A stretch of 64,000 nucleotides of DNA, from positions 8,402,485-8,466,484 of the forward strand of contig NC_134027.1 in NCBI RefSeq assembly GCF_964204645.1, written 5' to 3'. The stretch's first letter is position 1; each line of letters begins with the position of its first letter. The notes under the pieces are model-generated. The model saw only the letters and a list, made by a program, of their open reading frames with translations, had not been told where the DNA came from and did not search any database. This document shows, one piece after another, positions 60,501 through 64,000 of this stretch. The position numbers and the translations under genes were made by a program. The DNA comes from Tubulanus polymorphus. Its lineage: Eukaryota > Animalia > Nemertea.

Positions 60501-63500
60501 CGGTAAACACGTTGCCGCGTACTGTAGCTACCATCGTCGCCGATTTTTTCGTTGTTGGTTCGTACGCTGTGTTCGTAGTTGCGGAATGCCCCGGAATCCC
60601 GATAAGCCGCAGTTCTGTTCGTCTTTTTCATGGAGAACGCTTTAGCGGTGCGCGCGAAGAACAAGAGGAACTATAGCACGTTCAGTACAGCAGACAGACA
60701 CAATCACGGTTATATATGATATGAAGAATTCCGAGACGCTGGTATATCTTCATACGCAGTTGGCAACAAACTTATACAACAACTCCTGGGAAAAAGTCAC
60801 TAAATAATGTAAGCCTAAAGAATAGAGCCAGCTGTTGCTTCCCGCTGCAAACAGGACGGTTGTCAGATCGGATTAAACTTTGGTGAATCCTGTGTCCAAA
60901 TTCCAGTCAGTTATTTAAAGATAAACATTATGCTATAAATGACGTCTGCCCTCAACACTTATCCATATCCCTCACTCTATCAGATCTATCGGGCCTTGAG
61001 CTAGCATATAGAAAATTAGCTAATAGAAATCTTTCATGGACTCGTAGATTCATTACGAACATGAATGGGGTCAAATATAAAAAGAATAGGCTTTTTCTAG
61101 TGAGTTATTTCCAAGTAGAAAGCGTTCAGATAAGATAATGCTTCCAGTGAAGCAACCAGATAGACGGTAACGCCATCTAACCATTAAATAGTCAACTGCC
61201 GGCTGATAGATGAACTGAAAGCATCGTCGATCAACTCAAACAGATTGTTATAACAAACGTATCACAGGACAAATGCATCGTAAATCTTCAGTCTAATGAA
61301 TAAATGAAATGAAATTTTCATCGTGTAAATCATCCGTCTGCATCAACACAAATACACTGTACACGACGACGTTAACATCAAATTCATTACTTAATGAAAC
61401 GAAGTAAAAAATCTATCTCTTCATGAAATACTAAGTAGTCATTCCACTGATGATAGCTGATGAGTGTGGAAAACAAGAAACGTTCGGCAGCAAGAGTCTA
61501 GGTGTACAAAAACCAGAACAAGATTGAAAGCAATAAGATGCGAAATATGAATGATTTTGGAGTGGATTTACACAGCAGTTGAGGTCACTCGCGCGTGCCA
61601 TTTATCACACAAAATGTTATCGTATATACGTCACGAAATGACAGTCAGAATCGGCCGTAGAGCTGCGGACGCTCGGTAGAAATGAGTATTTTTACGACTT
61701 CCGCATGCATCGAATATGCGGCCATTCCTGTCATAAATGGAACCATTAGCGATGACGACTGCGTCCTTCAAGACAAATCACCACATAAAAATGGAAATGA
61801 AATCGTGTACCAAAGATTAAGGAGCGAAAGACCTACTTGTCAGGTCTAGTCAGTGTTTAGTATATAGACTGGTGTCAGGTTTGTCGATATAAGGGGCTGC
61901 ACGATGAAACCAATACCACACTATTCAATTCGTCAGCCAAATAGAATCCCGTTTGACCAACGGCAATTTTGTCCATTCCAATCTAGAACAGACCAATTAA
62001 TTGATCCGTTCCAATTTAGAATGGACCAATTTAGACTGACCAATAAGACCGTCTCTCTGGTGAACCAGTGGAAACAACAGATTTAAAAACTTGTCCGAAC
62101 TCACAGCACTGATTTGGGCACTTCTAAATTGGTCAGTTCCAGCCTGGAGTAATCAGACTGATTACTCCAAGGTTCCAGGTATGGGCCAAATTAGGATGGA
62201 CAAATTAAGCGATAGTGTGAATGCACCATGTGTATGATAAAATACACAGTCATAGTTTAGTTTCAATACGTCTCTAAAAATGCTTTAGCAGCATGTTTAC
62301 ATCTTTGATGTCGTTATACTCGGTGTTAATTCAGTAATAACAGGTGCAAATCAAACTCATTAGCCCAACACCTTGCAGCATAGGACAAACGGATAGATAC
62401 CTTCTCAGCCTTCTGAGAATTCATTTGAGTACTTGACTTTGCCATAAATTTTGAATTTTGAAACATATCATGCACACTTTGATGCTAGAATCTGTGAAAA
62501 TAGACTTAGACAAATATGTGAACATCTAAATCGAAAATCTATTTTGAAAATGAAAATTTTCACAAAATTAATTTCAATCAAAAGAACAAAGGTATCTATC
62601 CCTGCGCTAAGCGTGTATTTAAGTCTTCATTCACATACCGGAATGAGGGGCAGGACCGGGTGGACGGATCCTAAAATATCAAATACAAATCTACATTTTA
62701 CGCAGGGATTACAGTTGTACGATGATTCATGTATTCATGCATATGAACCACGAGATGAACGTTCTGATAAAATCAACTTCTCCAGACAGATCAGGAAATG
62801 CCCTGATTTCATAGTAGGCCTATTCGATCGCGAATTAACCGGTTGATTTATACCGCAGCGTATAGAACAACAGGAACCCACCCTGGCAATCAGCAAAACA
62901 ACATTCCATTATGAGCTATAGTAAATAAAATTATCACTACTTCTCATTATTACCACTCTCCATAACAATAACTAGACATGTCCATGAATGGAGTAATACG
63001 ATGAAAAACACATCAGGAAATATTTTTCTTTCTATATTATTGCTAAAAAACTGTTCCGGGTATAGAAAATGCTCAATTTCATTTTAGGTAGCTTTGTTGA
63101 GGGAAGGGAAAACATTTTCCTGCTTTCTACGAGGAAGATTAAAAATATTTTCACATATTTTCTGTTTCTTATATTATATATACATATAGCTGAATTGAAG
63201 ACTTTTTAAAACAATTTTCTACTCACATCTACACTGTTGGCATTGATTAGTGTCGAATATAAGATCTCTACAGCAATCACAGAATGTTGGATTCGTCACG
63301 GGCTTCGCGACGAAATAGTGTCCTATACCGAGTTTAGCTGCCTTCGTGCGCATGAAGTCCGTCGACCAGCCGTCGAAGTGAGCGAGTTCGAAATTTTCGT
63401 GAACTTCCGACGACGACGACGACCTTTTCTTTGGGTCGGTGCCGTTGACGACGCTGCAACTGTTACGGTTACCGGACCGGCGTCTCTGGCGGTTCGGATT

Positions 63501-63710
63501 ATTGCTCGACGACGACGCCGAGTTGACGTATTGGTCGATGTTCAAAAATGGCAAGCTCAGTTTGCGTTTCAACTTGCCGAAAAATTCCATCGATGTACCG
63601 TCGCCCTCGTGTGACGACCCGTTCGAAATTCCTCGGCGAGATTTTGCCATACGTTTCTTTTCGTCCGATGCTAGTTCGTTCTGTATACCGCAACCAGACA
63701 TAGCAGACAT
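39580..63710 (-). CDS. RASSF1/3/5-like Ras-association domain protein (C1-RA-SARAH), longest isoform
   Basis: Exons 63227-63710, 47844-48097, 42667-42801, 42018-42211, 41594-41703, 40013-40131, 39580-39753. The C1 domain is split over the first two (GHYF..PTFCDCCRDLIF..CRYCQYTCHQRC..VTLDC). RA domain FQGSIRVHLNLSRPI..SFYLP..LHISS.TTAREVI..LLKKFHITDNPMKFALYE. SARAH domain WDEFSTPELNNFLMILNREEKDH. All phases are compatible. Confidence 0.93.
39887..40000. mobile_element. Near-perfect palindromic MITE
   Basis: CAGGGCCCGGTTTTATAGACTGG..GGGCTAACTCAAT pairs with ATTGAGTTAGCCC..CCAGTCTATAAAATCGGGCTCTG; arms ~50 bp. Confidence 0.8.
40161..40451. mobile_element. piggyBac-like MITE (TTAA-flanked)
   Basis: TTAA-CCCTTTCAG ... 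CTGAGAAATGG-TTAA. Confidence 0.5.
43753..43938 (-). CDS. Short candidate alternative first exon of the RASSF gene (C1-less isoform, like RASSF1C/NORE1B)
   Basis: ORF MTCSLEDPLK..YDYSYDVN ends at AAT|GTATGT, phase 0, and joins exon 42801 (phase 0) in frame. Confidence 0.6.
46460..46573. repeat. Fold-back element resembling tail-to-tail Penelope-like ends; relatives at 34545-34727 and 54034-54198
   Basis: CCCACAATATAATGAAAAACTAGA..TTGACGTTTCG pairs with CGAAACGTCAA..TCTAGTTTTTCATGATATCGTGGG. Confidence 0.6.
48386..48551. repeat. ~76 bp tandem duplication containing a palindromic mini-element
   Basis: TTTGTAAAAGGACTA(C/T)GCC..GGTATTG..TGGGCTGCCCAAGG.TCTGGTTAA occurs twice. The second copy closes as a hairpin (GGTATTGATG..CATCAATACC). 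Confidence 0.7.
54573..54720. repeat. Inverted repeat of a B-box-containing (SINE-like) sequence; related fragment at ~31820-31855
   Basis: GAACCTGATGGCATCG..AAACCCTGCCACA pairs with TGTGGCAGGGTTT..CGATGCCATCAGGTTC. GGGATTCGAACC reads as a B-box on the minus strand. Confidence 0.55.
54995..56963 (-). CDS. Large (~656 codon) candidate alternative first coding exon of the RASSF gene
   Basis: Long low-complexity ORF inside the first RASSF intron, same strand. Ends at GCAG|GTTAGT, a phase 1 donor that fits the phase 1 acceptor at 48097. Starts MGQLLS. Confidence 0.7.
59551..60631 (-). CDS. Large (~360 codon) candidate alternative first coding exon of the RASSF gene
   Basis: Ser/Arg/Asp-rich ORF ending GATG|GTAAGT, phase 1, compatible with exon 48097. 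TATA-like ATATATAA on the minus strand at ~60710-60717, upstream of the ATG. Confidence 0.68.
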
Positions 63711-64000
63711 CAGCACATCGCTGTTCTAATAATCTGTGTCATCTTCGGTCCCTTTTATTGCACTCATGGAATGGTGGCCCTGTGAAATATGAAAAGTTCA
63801 AATAAACCGATTACTTAAAATCAAACGACTAAATTACTTCACGCCTTAATCATTTCCGTGACATTTCCTTCATTAAACTAAATGCTTCAGTCGGATTATT
63901 TCATATCGTAAGGAGGTGCATAGCGAAATCACTCTCACCATAAATGTTCATATTCTAACGCTGTCAATTCCAGCAGGTGATCTGAACTAACTACTATGGG

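Noticed and set aside
54990-60664. The two long ORFs as transposon or viral genes
   Set aside because: No RT, integrase, transposase or capsid motifs. Both end at phase-compatible splice donors on the RASSF strand.
61445-61500. CTGATGA..GAAAC as an active hammerhead ribozyme
   Set aside because: Stems I and III cannot be formed convincingly; at best a decayed Penelope-type end.

Overview
AT-rich, intron-containing animal DNA. It looks like a marine invertebrate, probably lophotrochozoan (an inference from gene and repeat content). It is not prokaryotic: no CRISPR, rRNA or tRNA genes were found. Seven protein-coding genes could be reconstructed by hand: an RBM12/RBM12B-like multi-RRM gene (minus, runs off the left edge), TMEM67/meckelin (minus), a CABIT+SAM GAREM-like adaptor (plus), DENND11/LCHN (minus), MEST (plus), an intronless NRY-type class A GPCR (minus) and a ~24 kb RASSF1/3/5-like gene (minus). 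The most interesting signals concern splicing. TMEM67 and MEST each carry a tandemly duplicated exon pair that must be mutually exclusive by reading frame. One of the TMEM67 exons is bracketed by inverted MITE copies. TMEM67 also has a consensus U12-type minor intron. The RASSF gene has four candidate alternative first exons, two of them very large, one with an N-myristoylation motif. RBM12-like and TMEM67 are adjacent, as RBM12B and TMEM67 are in human. Introns hold many MITEs, fold-back elements with degenerate hammerhead cores, and a (GACA)n microsatellite.
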